Shown one piece after another: positions 1 through 12,510 of a stretch of DNA of 64,000 bases (positions are counted from its first letter, which is position 1; every line of letters starts with the position of its first letter). This DNA comes from Octopus bimaculoides (Eukaryota), in the NCBI RefSeq assembly GCF_001194135.2, contig NC_068983.1:163739968-163803967 (forward strand), written 5' to 3'. A model generated the notes under the pieces. The model was given only the letters and a program-made list of their open reading frames with translations. It was not told the origin of the DNA and did not search any database. The position numbers and the translations under genes are program-made.

Positions 1-23
1 TTTTTTTTTTTTTTTTTTTTTTT

Positions 24-143
24 TCAAAACTTCGGGTTTATTCTATCTGTCACTTTTGCGGTACTGCTAAGTTTACATGGATATAAACACACCAACACCG
101 ATTGCGATTGCCAAACGATGGTGTGGGACAGACATAAAGACAC
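24..143 (-). mobile_element. SINE family A, 3' half
   Basis: Reverse complement of the 3' half shared by the many family A copies in this window. Confidence 0.75.
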
Positions 144-267
144 GCACACGCACAAACACACACACACACACACACGCATGCATGTATGTGTATGTATGTA
201 TGTATGTATGTATGTATGTATGTGTGTGTGTGTATGTGTGTTTGTGTGTGTTTGTGTGTGTGTGTAC

Positions 268-450
268 TTCTGTGTCTGTGTTTGTCCGCCCACCATCACT
301 TGACAAACGATGTTGGTTACCGTATCACTAGCGGTTCGACAAAAGAGGCCGATAGAATAAGTACTAGGCTTACAAAGAATAAGTCCTGGTGGTGGGGTTC
401 ATTTGCTCGACTGATGGTGGTGCTGAAAAAAGTAAAAGAATAAAAGAATA
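268..450 (+). mobile_element. SINE family A, 3' half
   Basis: gtgtttgtcc...gatagaataagtactaggcttacaaagaataagtcctgg...aaaagaataaaagaa; matches other copies. Confidence 0.8.
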
Positions 451-539
451 TATATATGTGTGTGTGTGTATGTATGTCTATATATATATATATACATACA
501 AATACATGCATACACACATATATATGTAATATATGTATG

Positions 540-585
<46 letters not shown>

Positions 586-1514
586 CATACATACACACAC
601 ATATATATGTGTGTGTAAGATATATATATATATATATATATATATATNNNNNNNNNNNNNNNNNNNNNNNNNNNNNNNNNNNNNNNNNNNNNNNNNNNNN
701 NNNNNNNNNNNNNNNNNNNNNNNNNNNNNNNNNNNNNNNNNNNNNNNNNNNNNNNNNNNNNNNNNNNNNNNNNNNNNNNNNNNNNNNNNNNNNNNNNNNN
801 NNNNNNNNNNNNNNNNNNNNNNNNNNNNNNNNNNNNNNNNNNNNNNNNNNNNNNNNNNNNNNNNNNNNNNNNNNNNNNNNNNNNNNNNNNNNNNNNNNNN
901 NNNNNNNNNNNNNNNNNNNNNNNNNNNNNNNNNNNNNNNNNNNNNNNNNNNNNNNNNNNNNNNNNNNNNNNNNNNNNNNNNNNNNNNNNNNNNNNNNNNN
1001 NNNNNNNNNNNNNNNNNNNNNNNNNNNNNNNNNNNNNNNNNNNNNNNNNNNNNNNNNNNNNNNNNNNNNNNNNNNNNNNNNNNNNNNNNNNNNNNNNNNN
1101 NNNNNNNNNNNNNNNNNNNNNNNNNNNNNNNNNNNNNNNNNNNNNNNNNNNNNNNNNNNNNNNNNNNNNNNNNNNNNNNNNNNNNNNNNNNNNNNNNNNN
1201 NNNNNNNNNNNNNNNNNNNNNNNNNNNNNNNNNNNNNNNNNNNNNNNNNNNNNNNNNNNNNNNNNNNNNNNNNNNNNNNNNNNNNNNNNNNNNNNNNNNN
1301 NNNNNNNNNNNNNNNNNNNNNNNNNNNNNNNNNNNNNNNNNNNNNNNNNNNNNNNNNNNNNNNNNNNNNNNNNNNNNNNNNNNNNNNNNNNNNNNNNNNN
1401 NNNNNNNNNNNNNNNNNNNAGAGGTGGTCAGTTGAAAGGGGGTGGGGCTTGGGTTTTCCATGCAGCACAGAAAAGAATGGTTTAAGGTTGCATACAAGGT
1501 ATGGTATTTTAGAT

Positions 1515-1895
1515 GGAGGCCTGGCTTAGTGTGAAGGTGCGCCGCATAGTAGTCAAGGGGGGGGGGTCCGGCTTCCGATAGTATGGTTGTGAGTTCGATT
1601 CCTGGCCACGCGTTGTACCCTTGCGCAAGACACTTTATTTCACTCTGCTCCACTCCAATCAACTGGCAAAATTGAGTTGTACCTGTAATTCTAAGGGTGC
1701 CAGCTTTGTCCCATTCTGTGTCAGGGTGAATCTCCCTGAGAACTGAGAACTACGTTAAGGGTACTCGTGTCTGTAAAGTGCTCAACCAGTCGTACTTTGA
1801 TTTCACGAGCAGGCTTTTCCATTGATCGGATCAACTGCTGTCTTAATCGACGGAGTCTAGTTATGGATTTCCTGTCGCGAGCTGTACGGAGACAC
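1515..1895 (+). mobile_element. tRNA-derived SINE family B (B2 tail variant)
   Basis: B-box gagttcgattcc, central caagacactttatttcac block, tail shared with 13121-13432. Confidence 0.75.
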
Positions 1896-1980
1896 GCCAT
1901 ACATACACACACTCATACATACATACATACATACATACATACATGCATACATGCATTATGGGTAAGTGTTGTATGTCTGA

Positions 1981-2016
<36 letters not shown>

Positions 2017-2701
2017 NNNNNNNNNNNNNNNNNNNNNNNNNNNNNNNNNNNNNNNNNNNNNNNNNNNNNNNNNNNNNNNNNNNNNNNNNNNNNNNNNNNN
2101 NNNNNNNNNNNNNNNNNNNNNNNNNNNNNNNNNNNNNNNNNNNNNNNNNNNNNNNNNNNNNNNNNNNNNNNNNNNNNNNNNNNNNNNNNNNNNNNNNNNN
2201 NNNNNNNNNNNNNNNNNNNNNNNNNNNNNNNNNNNNNNNNNNNNNNNNNNNNNNNNNNNNNNNNNNNNNNNNNNNNNNNNNNNNNNNNNNNNNNNNNNNN
2301 NNNNNNNNNNNNNNNNNNNNNNNNNNNNNNNNNNNNNNNNNNNNNNNNNNNNNNNNNNNNNNNNNNNNNNNNNNNNNNNNNNNNNNNNNNNNNNNNNNNN
2401 NNNNNNNNNNNNNNNNNNNNNNNNNNNNNNNNNNNNNNNNNNNNNNNNNNNNNNNNNNNNNNNNNNNNNNNNNNNNNNNNNNNNNNNNNNNNNNNNNNNN
2501 NNNNNNNNNNNNNNNNNNNNNNNNNNNNNNNNNNNNNNNNNNNNNNNNNNNNNNNNNNNNNNNNNNNNNNNNNNNNNNNNNNNNNNNNNNNNNNNNNNNN
2601 NNNNNNNNNNNNNNNNNNNNNNNNNNNNNNNNNNNNNNNNNNNNNNNNNNNNNNNNNNNNNNNNNNNNNNNNNNNNNNNNNNNNNNNNNNNTGTATGTGT
2701 G

Positions 2702-2741
<40 letters not shown>

Positions 2742-4627
2742 CATTCGTATATATTTTATATATAAATAATGATAAAAATAATGACCACGACAACAACAAT
2801 ATCGATAATAATAATCTTTTTTATTAGCGACGAGGACTGGAGAGAGATAGAAAATAATGCGACGCCTTCATTAATGGTTACAAAGACAGAAAACTGATCA
2901 TGGAGTGTTGTGAAAGAAAACACGTCTGCGAATTTGAAGGGTTGTAATGAGAGGTGTTATGCAATGTGTTTGAGTCAGTTTTAAAAAATGTTTGAGGTAT
3001 GCATACACACATGCACAAACAGACACACACAAACACATGCGTACATATACGCGTCGGCATACAATACATAGACATATACACACACGCATTCTCCCACATG
3101 TTTGTATCAATGCACTTTGTGTAAATCTGAAAAAAAAAAACAATTATAACAGTACAATAAAATATAATTGAAGGAAATGAAACCTAAAAGATTACTGGTT
3201 AGGTCAAGTTAGAACACTTTGTGACCCTGTTTATTTCTCAAATTGCATTCGAGTGCAGCCAAATGCATCAGTGAGCTTTTTTATTTAATTATCTTTTTAG
3301 ATATTTCGTTTTGAGGGTAATCTCTCAAATTCGGTGTAACGTCCTTCTTCTGAGTTTAACTTGTGTCATTCTAAATTCTTCGGAAAGTCTTCGCAATTTT
3401 CTCCCCTAATTGATTGTTTGATGCTTCGAAGAACGGTGCTTCGTTCTTTTTGGTTCCTTCGTTATTTTCTTGCGCGAGGAATTCGTTATGGTTTGGACGA
3501 AATCGTTTCTTTCCCCTGAATTATGTTGGATCTTCTTTTCCTCTAATCTTTCTTTCATTTTTCTTTTCTTATTTTCACCGACCTTTCGAAAAATCTTCGT
3601 CTGTAATTATTGATTCTTCCTCATCTCATGATAACTCCGAGTCTTTACATGTTTCCATTCGCGGACGAAGATGTTTGGTCACTTATCTAAGATGGTGGAC
3701 ATAAAAATATTTCACTTGTCGTCCCAGACTTTTGGCCAATAATGTTGTGCAAACTGGCATTTGTTCTTTTTGTTCTTGCAACTGACTTCGCAATTTCCCT
3801 TTACATTTTTTTTTGCTTACTTTTTTCTTACCTCTTTCAGTCATTCAGTTTTAAAAAGAATTTTAATCCGACAAACGGAGCAAGGCTCTTCGTCTCGTTG
3901 CTTTCTAGTAGGTGTAGTTCCGAAATGGTTCTGGAGCTTTTAGGAGTCATAAAGACTTGCAAATCCAGCTTGACAAGCCCTGACCATACGTCACCTTTCA
4001 TTTCTTTGCTTTGACCCTCCCTCCCCGCTCCCATACTGTGACACAAACGTCGCAACTAGTCATAGATCTACATTATGTCCAGTGATTCTTTGATTCATCT
4101 GCCGGGGTACAAACGTGGAGTCAGAGATATGGCTGACAATTTCAGTCTGTATGTTAGCTGTGTCTTTAGTTTTAAAAGTACTACAGAGAGTGTTATAGCT
4201 TTTGCGTTTCTTTAATTGAGAGGATTTCTGATATGTTCGGCAGAGGCTGTTGTACGACTTGACACGAAGGAAACTTTAATCACATTTTATCCTTCCGTAA
4301 GCAAATATATGTATTTTTTTTTCTTGCCCTCTCCTGTATATTGTCCTGTGGTAAAGATATGCTTTGAACATTCAGCAACAATCCTGTGGTAAAGATATGC
4401 TTTGAACAATCAGAGTTGTGTAACAAGAGGGGGTCCAACTGTAGTTGATGGTTAAAGAGAAAAAAAGAAATTTAATGAATACAGTACTTTTGTCATTGTT
4501 TGTAACCATGCACGTCCACCCTGCCCTCCACGTATGAAAATCCCTCTCTTAGTGACGCCGTAAATGCATTCAGTTAACTTCAAGGATCCCACTTTCTTCC
4601 TACCCGTCTCTGTATTATCATATCAGT

Positions 4628-4925
4628 CCCACTGCGTGGAACCTTGGACAAGTCTCTTCTGCTATAGCCTCGGGCTGACCAAAGCTTTGTGCGTGGATTT
4701 AGTAGACGGAAACTGAAAAGAAGCCTGTCGTATATATGCGTATGTGCATGTGTGGAGATATGTGTGTGGGTCCCTGTACCTTAGCGGCTCAGCAAAAGAG
4801 ACCTGTACGATAATACCAGGCTTAACAAAAGGAAAAATCCTGGGGATCGATTCATTCGACTAAAAATTCAAGGAGGTGCCCCAGCATTGCCGCACTCTAA
4901 TTGCTGAAACAAGTAGAAGATAAGT
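4628..4925 (+). mobile_element. SINE family A, 5'-truncated
   Basis: Matches family A from cccactgcgtgg to gaaacaagta. Confidence 0.8.
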
Positions 4926-5569
4926 GATCAAGATTTAATCACAATTTAATTACAATGAAAGAAAGACAAAGGAAAAAAAAGGGGGGAGAGAGATCAAGCA
5001 GCGAAAAATGAAGGGTGGAATAAAACCCTGAACAAATAGCGTGTCCAGCGGCGCCCTGCTGACATGACCACAACTGTGTTGCCACAGAGAATGGTCAATG
5101 ATACACGTTGCAGTAGTAGTCACCCCACCTTGCGTGACTCTTTTTACAGATAGGCAGCAGTTATCCCGATTTTACAGAGGGAATCGGCACTGCGAGGGCC
5201 GCGAACATGTGAGGTCTCAACGGCGACAAGCAAACTGATAGCGGCTGGTCAGAACCCTATATTTACTTTTCTCACCTCTGCGTTAAGGGTGGCGATACCC
5301 AGGTTTGCAGCCGACGCAGCAAGGTTAGAGACGGAGAACGTGTCGCAGCACGGCGCATCCCAGATTAGGGATCTGCCTCCCTCATATGAGGGAGACAAGA
5401 AGCCAGCCGCGTTGAGGCCTCTTCTAATTATGATATTCAGAGCGGCATATTGGGGGAACCGGCTCACATTTTGGCTGCAGGATAATGGATGCAGGCCGAA
5501 TTCATGCTCCACAACGGCATTTGTGCTGCTCACAAGACAAAATAGTGTCTAGGTTCAAGGTCTGTCCCA

Positions 5570-6275
5570 AAATTCTTCTTAGTTTTAAGTTCTGTGCTTG
5601 GAATGTCAAAGGCTGCGATCTTTTTCTCTCAGCACTCAACGCTCGTGATTCGCACACAGACTGCAGACACGAACACACACACACAATGGCACACGTCAAA
5701 AAATTAACACTGACTTCAAAATATTCCTAAAAGTCAAGATTTGATCCTGACAAAGAAATCAACCGGTGGCTGCTGAGGCATGATGCCAAAAGTCCAAAAC
5801 GATTTGGCATAAAAGTCTACACAAACTCAATCAATGTGTAAGAAACAACACAAACGACCAATAGATTCAGTTCGATTCTTGATAATGTGCTCTGAAGAAT
5901 GGTTTTAGATTGGGAGTTGTGGCGATTACACAACCGTACAAGGCAAGCGTTCGTGCTTTTGCTTGCACAAATAACGTTTCCTGTCTACCAGAGTAATTGT
6001 TGACTTGCTGCCTCAAAAGCAGATAACAACAAGACCAAGTTTAGCTCCTGCTACCATGACAAGGCTGAACAACATATAGAAAAGTAATTCCTTTTAGTTT
6101 TCCCACAAGATTCAGAATGTACAAAACCTTGGTGACTTCGATCCTTCTGTATGGGTGTGAGAGTGGACTCTTACAGCTGACATGGATCGAAGAATCCAGG
6201 CATTTGAGTACAAGTGCTTCAGAAGGTTATTAAACATTCCTTACGCGGAGCACAAAGAAATCTATATCGAAGTAA
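5570..6275 (+). mobile_element. Degenerate, internally deleted RTE-clade LINE
   Basis: KFCAWNVKG resembles an APE start. 6020-6260 reads TMTRLNNI*KSN..FPTRFRMYKTLVTSILLYGCE/WTLTADMDRRIQAFEYKCFRRLLNIPYAEHK with frameshifts, typical of the RTE post-RT region. Confidence 0.8.
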
Positions 6276-6646
6276 TATATTTGTAATGCATCTTAAATTC
6301 CAACCAGAATGCCTCAAGTTATGATTTACCTTCTTGGAAAGAGAGATGGGACATATGTCATATATTCATAGACACACAATTTCCAATAAAAGAACGAAAT
6401 TGTCGTAGGCGAAATGCTTTCGATCATAGGTTTGTTCAGTTTAGGCCGCCAAGGATTAAACAACGACTCCTGAAGTACGAGTCTACTTCTGTCTACGTCA
6501 GGCTCACTCATAATTTACACACACACGTATGGTTGTGTATGCGTGTGTTTCTGCGTGCGCGCGAGTGTATGTAACAACAATAATGGGTAACTGAGTGAAA
6601 CCCTTATTATATATAACAACCAATTGTGTTGAAAACTGTTTTTTTT

Positions 6647-6686
<40 letters not shown>

Positions 6687-6692
6687 GTGTGT

Positions 6693-7025
6693 GAAGGTGC
6701 ATGGCTCAGTCGTTAGAGCGTAGAGCTCACAATCATGAGGTAGTGAGTTCGATTCCCGGACCAGGCTGTGCGTTGTGCTTTTGAGCAAGACACTTTGTTT
6801 TACGTTGTTCCAGTTCACTCAGCTGTAGGAATGAGTTGCGATGTCACAGGTGCCAAGCTGTATCGGCCCCTTTGCCTTTCGCTTGGATAACATCGGTAGC
6901 ATGGAGAGGGGAGGCTGGTATGCATGGACGGATGCTGGTCTTCCGTAAACAACCTTGTCCGGATTTGCGCCGTGGAAGGTAACTTTCTAGGTGCATTCTC
7001 ATAATCTTTCATGGCCGGGGTCTTT
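6693..7025 (+). mobile_element. tRNA-derived SINE family B, full length
   Basis: A-box tggctcagtcgttag, B-box gagttcgattcc, central ttgagcaagacactt block; paralogous to 32041-32378 and 50868-51208. Confidence 0.85.
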
Positions 7026-7054
7026 TACCATTACATACGTGCATGAAGCGTTGA

Positions 7055-7551
7055 AATGTATTGTAAGATATAGAAATAAATTTACTTCTCAAACGCGTGC
7101 TAATGTTATAAATAGCGTGATCGGGATAAATTATCCATACATTGCAGAAAAATACGTTACTGGCCAGCTATGAGACTCGAACTCACATCTTTGTGATTAC
7201 GCGTCACGCTATTTATAACATTATCACGCGTTTGAGAGATAAATTTATTTCTGTATCTTACAATACATCTCAACGCTTCTGAAAACAAACTTTGTTTACT
7301 TTCATCGTAAAGTTGAATTTAACGTTAGCGTCTTATGAAGCTAAATTTATAAGTTCTAAAATTACAGAAGAATTCGTTGCTGGGAAGTTTAGTTCAATGG
7401 TAAAACACTTGACGCGTAATCACAAAGATGTGAGTTCGAGTCTCATGCCTGGCCAGTAACGTATTTTTCTGCAATGTATGGATAATTTATCCTGATCGCG
7501 CTATCTATAACATTATCACGCGTTTGAGAAATAAATTTATTTCTGTATCTT
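7055..7551. mobile_element. Composite tRNA-containing element H (inverted truncated copy plus partial tandem repeat)
   Basis: 7055-7205 is the reverse complement of about 7410-7551, and 7205-7280 directly repeats its 3' part. Confidence 0.75.
7383..7455 (+). pseudogene. tRNA-like sequence (Thr-CGT-like anticodon), probably non-functional
   Basis: D arm GTTC-AATGGTA-AAAC, anticodon loop CGCGTAA, T arm GTGAG-TTCGAGT-CTCAT; acceptor and anticodon stems are mispaired. Confidence 0.65.
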
Positions 7552-7553
7552 AT

Positions 7554-7604
<51 letters not shown>

Positions 7605-7796
7605 AAGTATGAGAGTTTAGTTCACAAGTGATCTAAGCGATTAGGTAAGTGATGTAACGGATTACTAGGGCTCCAAGGTTATAGCCAGGACGGTAGTTAT
7701 GGAGCCATTGCAGATTTCCGAGACACTAGATATATAATTGTTTTATATATATATANNNNNNNNNNTATATATAAGCCTGAAGCTGTTTTAGTTATA

Positions 7797-7996
7797 ATAA
7801 TGTTCGGACTGAGAAACTGTGGTGTGTTAGTCTTGAAGAGAGGGAAAATCAAAAAGCACTTGCAGAAAACAAAACTGCTTGGAACCGCTCGAATACTCCG
7901 GAAGGTACTCAAAAAATAAGAAGTATTACCTTAGTTCACTGGTAGTGAACAGCTGACACTGTAGTACACCTCCAGCGTTAGAGGCTGTGCAAAAGC
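7797..7996 (+). mobile_element. R4/Dong-like LINE, internally deleted 3' fragment
   Basis: MFGLRNCGVLVLKRGKI fused in frame to HLQKTKLLGTARILRKVLKK*, then a short 3' UTR and an (AAT)n tail. Confidence 0.8.
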
Positions 7997-8020
7997 AATA
8001 ATAATAATAATAATAATAAT

Positions 8021-8252
8021 CAGTTTACAACAAGTATGGACTTGACAGAGCAAAAAATTGGTATGACCACAAATCCGAAGTCATCGTCGAAAATAAAAAT
8101 GCAAAGACCCTATGGGATTTTATGATTCAGTGTAACCATGAGATAGAGAATAGGAAACCGGACATATATAAATAAGAGGTATTACTTTAGTTCACTGGTA
8201 GCGAACAGCTGACACCGCAGTACATCTTCAGCGTTAGAAGCTGTGCAAAGGC
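8021..8252 (+). mobile_element. R4/Dong-like LINE, second tandem internally deleted copy
   Basis: VYNKYGLDRAKNWYDHKSEVIVENKNAKTLWDFMIQCNHEIENRKPDI (RLE domain) jumps to the same 3' UTR as the preceding copy; (AAT)n on both sides. Confidence 0.85.
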
Positions 8253-8580
8253 AATGATAATAATAATAGTAATGATAATGATAATAACGTTTATGTATAT
8301 ATCATTGAAATACCTAAGTTTGCATCTGGGCACGCAGTTAAGCTCTAAGAAACAAGCCTTTTGCTTTGTGGGCATCGTTTGTATAGAAAAGTCTGGGAGT
8401 AGTTTGCTTTGATACAAAACCTGGGGTTGAAATAATTTCCAGTCATCTTGATCTTGTTTGTCATTGGATATTCAGTTATAAATACTTAGAGTGTTGTATA
8501 CGTATCATGTAGACTTGTGTCACTATAATCCGCTGATGTATATATATCTTGTATGACATAGCTCCAATCTGTCAAGATGA

Positions 8581-8742
8581 AGTAGTTGCGAGTGGCAGTG
8601 TGGTAAGAAGCTTGTTTCCCAACCACATGGTTCCGAGTTCAGTCCTACTCCATGGCAGCCTGGTCAAGTGTCTTCTAGTATAGCCTCCAGCCGACCAAGG
8701 CATTGTGAGTGGATTTGGTAGAGGGAAACTGAAAGAAGCCTT

Positions 8743-8745
<3 letters not shown>
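8581..8745 (+). mobile_element. SINE family A, 5' half
   Basis: gtggcagtgtggtaagaagcttg...ggaaactgaaagaagcc followed by (TA)n and a gap. Confidence 0.85.
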
Positions 8746-8775
<30 letters not shown>

Positions 8776-9560
8776 NNNNNNNNNNNNNNNNNNNNNNNNN
8801 NNNNNNNNNNNNNNNNNNNNNNNNNNNNNNNNNNNNNNNNNNNNNNNNNNNNNNNNNNNNNNNNNNNNNNNNNNNNNNNNNNNNNNNNNNNNNNNNNNNN
8901 NNNNNNNNNNNNNNNNNNNNNNNNNNNNNNNNNNNNNNNNNNNNNNNNNNNNNNNNNNNNNNNNNNNNNNNNNNNNNNNNNNNNNNNNNNNNNNNNNNNN
9001 NNNNNNNNNNNNNNNNNNNNNNNNNNNNNNNNNNNNNNNNNNNNNNNNNNNNNNNNNNNNNNNNNNNNNNNNNNNNNNNNNNNNNNNNNNNNNNNNNNNN
9101 NNNNNNNNNNNNNNNNNNNNNNNNNNNNNNNNNNNNNNNNNNNNNNNNNNNNNNNNNNNNNNNNNNNNNNNNNNNNNNNNNNNNNNNNNNNNNNNNNNNN
9201 NNNNNNNNNNNNNNNNNNNNNNNNNNNNNNNNNNNNNNNNNNNNNNNNNNNNNNNNNNNNNNNNNNNNNNNNNNNNNNNNNNNNNNNNNNNNNNNNNNNN
9301 NNNNNNNNNNNNNNNNNNNNNNNNNNNNNNNNNNNNNNNNNNNNNNNNNNNNNNNNNNNNNNNNNNNNNNNNNNNNNNNNNNNNNNNNNNNNNNNNNNNN
9401 NNNNNNNNNNNNNNNNNNNNNNNNNNNNNNNNNNNNNNNNNNNNNNNNNNNNNNNNNNNNNNNNNNNNNNNNNNNNNNNNNNNNNNNNNNNNNNNNNNNN
9501 NNNNNNNNNNNNNNNNNNNNNNNNNNNNNNNNNNNNNNNNNNNNNNNNNNNNNNNNNNNT

Positions 9561-9957
<397 letters not shown>

Positions 9958-10019
9958 TGCTTCCGTAGATGCCGCTTTTTTTATTTATGATTTCTTCGGG
10001 TAAACATCTGAACAATTGC

Positions 10020-10390
10020 CTCTAAATATCAGACTGGTACAATAGAGTGCTTTTGTTCGTGACTTCGAAGGTGTCTGCATTTAGAAGATGACACAATTGA
10101 CCAATTCGTGCATTAAAATTCTCTCTAATGCCTAAGTTTGGATCATGCCCCTCCTGGATTTTCCATGTGTATATGATAATATATCTCTCTTTCCTTCGGC
10201 GTTCAAGGCGCAATTATCAGTAATTAAGGCTTTTGAATGAATTTACTTTAGCGGTAGAGACTCTTTGTAATCCTTCAATCCGCTCTGTGCGACTGGATGA
10301 GTTAGGAGACCAAAGCAATGCAAAGTAATCTATTCTACTCAGAACTAGGGTTTTCCATGGAGTTTGCCCAACTATCGGTTCTCTAGGATG
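10020..10390 (-). mobile_element. CR1-group LINE RT C-terminal remnant
   Basis: SRIDYFALLWSP..RIEGLQRV...RLERRRKERYIIIYTWKIQEGHDPNLGI. Confidence 0.75.
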
Positions 10391-12059
10391 TATGTATGTA
10401 TGTATGTATGTATGTATGTATGTGTGTGTGTGTGCGTACTGAATACAGCGTGTGTGCGGATAATTTGTTAATTAATAAGTTTCTTACCCTGAATATACAA
10501 AAAAATTACCTCATCATCAAAAAGGTNNNNNNNNNNNNNNNNNNNNNNNNNNNNNNNNNNNNNNNNNNNNNNNNNNNNNNNNNNNNNNNNNNNNNNNNNN
10601 NNNNNNNNNNNNNNNNNNNNNNNNNNNNNNNNNNNNNNNNNNNNNNNNNNNNNNNNNNNNNNNNNNNNNNNNNNNNNNNNNNNNNNNNNNNNNNNNNNNN
10701 NNNNNNNNNNNNNNNNNNNNNNNNNNNNNNNNNNNNNNNNNNNNNNNNNNNNNNNNNNNNNNNNNNNNNNNNNNNNNNNNNNNNNNNNNNNNNNNNNNNN
10801 NNNNNNNNNNNNNNNNNNNNNNNNNNNNNNNNNNNNNNNNNNNNNNNNNNNNNNNNNNNNNNNNNNNNNNNNNNNNNNNNNNNNNNNNNNNNNNNNNNNN
10901 CTCTCTCTTCTCTCCCCCTCTCTCTTCTCTCCCCCTCTCTCTTCTCTCCCCCCTGTTATTTCTCTTGGGGACGAACCCAGCACATCTTTCAACCGTCTTC
11001 TTTTCAGTCGTTCTAAGCTTTCGTGACAGCTGCAATAGATTTCCCTTTCTTTTCTGAAGAACTAAAAATGTCAGTCTTCCTTCGTCTGTTCTTGCAATAT
11101 CTCTTAGTACTAAATAGTTCTACACTAGTACAGTTCTACTTTATTCTATGTCGTAAAACCAATTTTCTGGAAGTGCACACCTATTCTTTTAATGGCAGAT
11201 TGAGAAGTAGCGATTCCTTCATCTTTTTCTCTTCCTCCGTCTTCTACTGCTCCCTCCCCTTCCTCCTACTCCTTCTCTCTCTCTCTCATCGGTAGAGTGT
11301 GTATTTCAGAATTTGCCGTTCCTGCTTCACAACGAACAGCAATTTCGTTATCTATCTTCTACATCAGTTATGGAATTTCTTTTTCTTTGAAGGCGTATCA
11401 AACACAAAACAAAACAAAAAAAGAACCATGACTTAATCGAGACAACCAAGATGGAATTAGAGATACTTTGGCACTACTTTTTATTTAAATATTAAAAGAA
11501 ACATTTCTTGTAGACTTCCATTTCAAAGAAACCCATAAATTCATTTCCCCTCATTTAAAATACTTTTTCAAACTTCTTTTTTATTTTAAAGAACAATTCA
11601 CAACAACCTTCTCTCTCTATTTTCACGTCGTACAATTTGATTTTTCTCTTTTTATGTGTCTCTTATCGGAGACATTGGCCTTTAAGTGTGAGAGATGCAA
11701 ATCTATGAATTTTCAGTTTCGTTTTTATTCATAAAACTCACCACGCAGCTTTGCAAGACAAATTCTTTTTCTAAACGAATGCTGTGAAGTGCGCGTGGAA
11801 CAAATATTCAGAAGTTTGGACTAAACAGCCTATTTAAATGGCGATAAATACTACACTTTAATGCGCCAAATTTGCGGAAACATAATCAGCTTTTTTTCTC
11901 TCTAAAAGCGTATTTCATCTGAAGCCATGGATCTAATTTACTAAGACTCTTATATTCAAAGAAAAGAAAGTATCAATCGTCATTATCAGACACACAGCCA
12001 GACATTAAACACAATTATTCATGGATTACTTTTATAACACACATCAAGTTCTTAGACTC

Positions 12060-12240
12060 GATATGAATTCCGAAGAAAGTATGACCATGCACGAATCTGC
12101 TTTTAATAAACCTCACGTTAAGCTTCCCATCTTCGTCAATGAGAAACTTTTGCTTGTGTTTCGCTACTTTGTTTACTTGGGCAGCATATTTACAGCAGGT
12201 TGAAACCCTGACAATGAAATTTCTCTTCGTTTTGAATACG
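12060..12240 (+). mobile_element. RTE-like LINE RT remnant
   Basis: IFVNEKLLLVFRYFVYLGSIFTAG*NPDNEISLR (YLGS motif followed by EI..R). Confidence 0.6.
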
Positions 12241-12472
12241 GATCACGATCCTTCTGAGATCTTGGAACGTGTTTATGGTTTCAATGTGGCATAAAACCAA
12301 CAATAAAAATCTCTGTATATAAAGCGTTTATTTTGGCAGTTCTTCTTTCCGGCTATAAAATCCAGATCACCATAAACACCGAGACAAATTGCAGGAACCT
12401 TTCTCGTGATGCACCATTCGCAATAATCACACACACCAAATAGCAAAAGTTCTGGAGAAAGAGAGAGAAAGT

Positions 12473-12510
<38 letters not shown>

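Noticed and set aside
3301-4055. Purine-rich minus-strand frame with scattered stops and a GAG|gtaag donor at 3832
   Set aside because: No recognisable domain; it could be a UTR exon or an old TE ORF, and this cannot be decided from sequence alone.
4343-4408. 27-bp direct repeat tcctgtggtaaagatatgctttgaaca with an 11-bp spacer
   Set aside because: Only two units; a simple local tandem duplication, not a CRISPR-like array.
5041-5200. HDV-like ribozyme at the RTE 5' end (GTCAC-cccaccttgc-GTGAC hairpin)
   Set aside because: L3 length, P1.1 GG and the G at +1 could not be satisfied.
7383-7455. Functional tRNA-Thr(CGT) gene
   Set aside because: The acceptor stem is mostly unpaired, U33 is replaced, and it is embedded in a repeated element.
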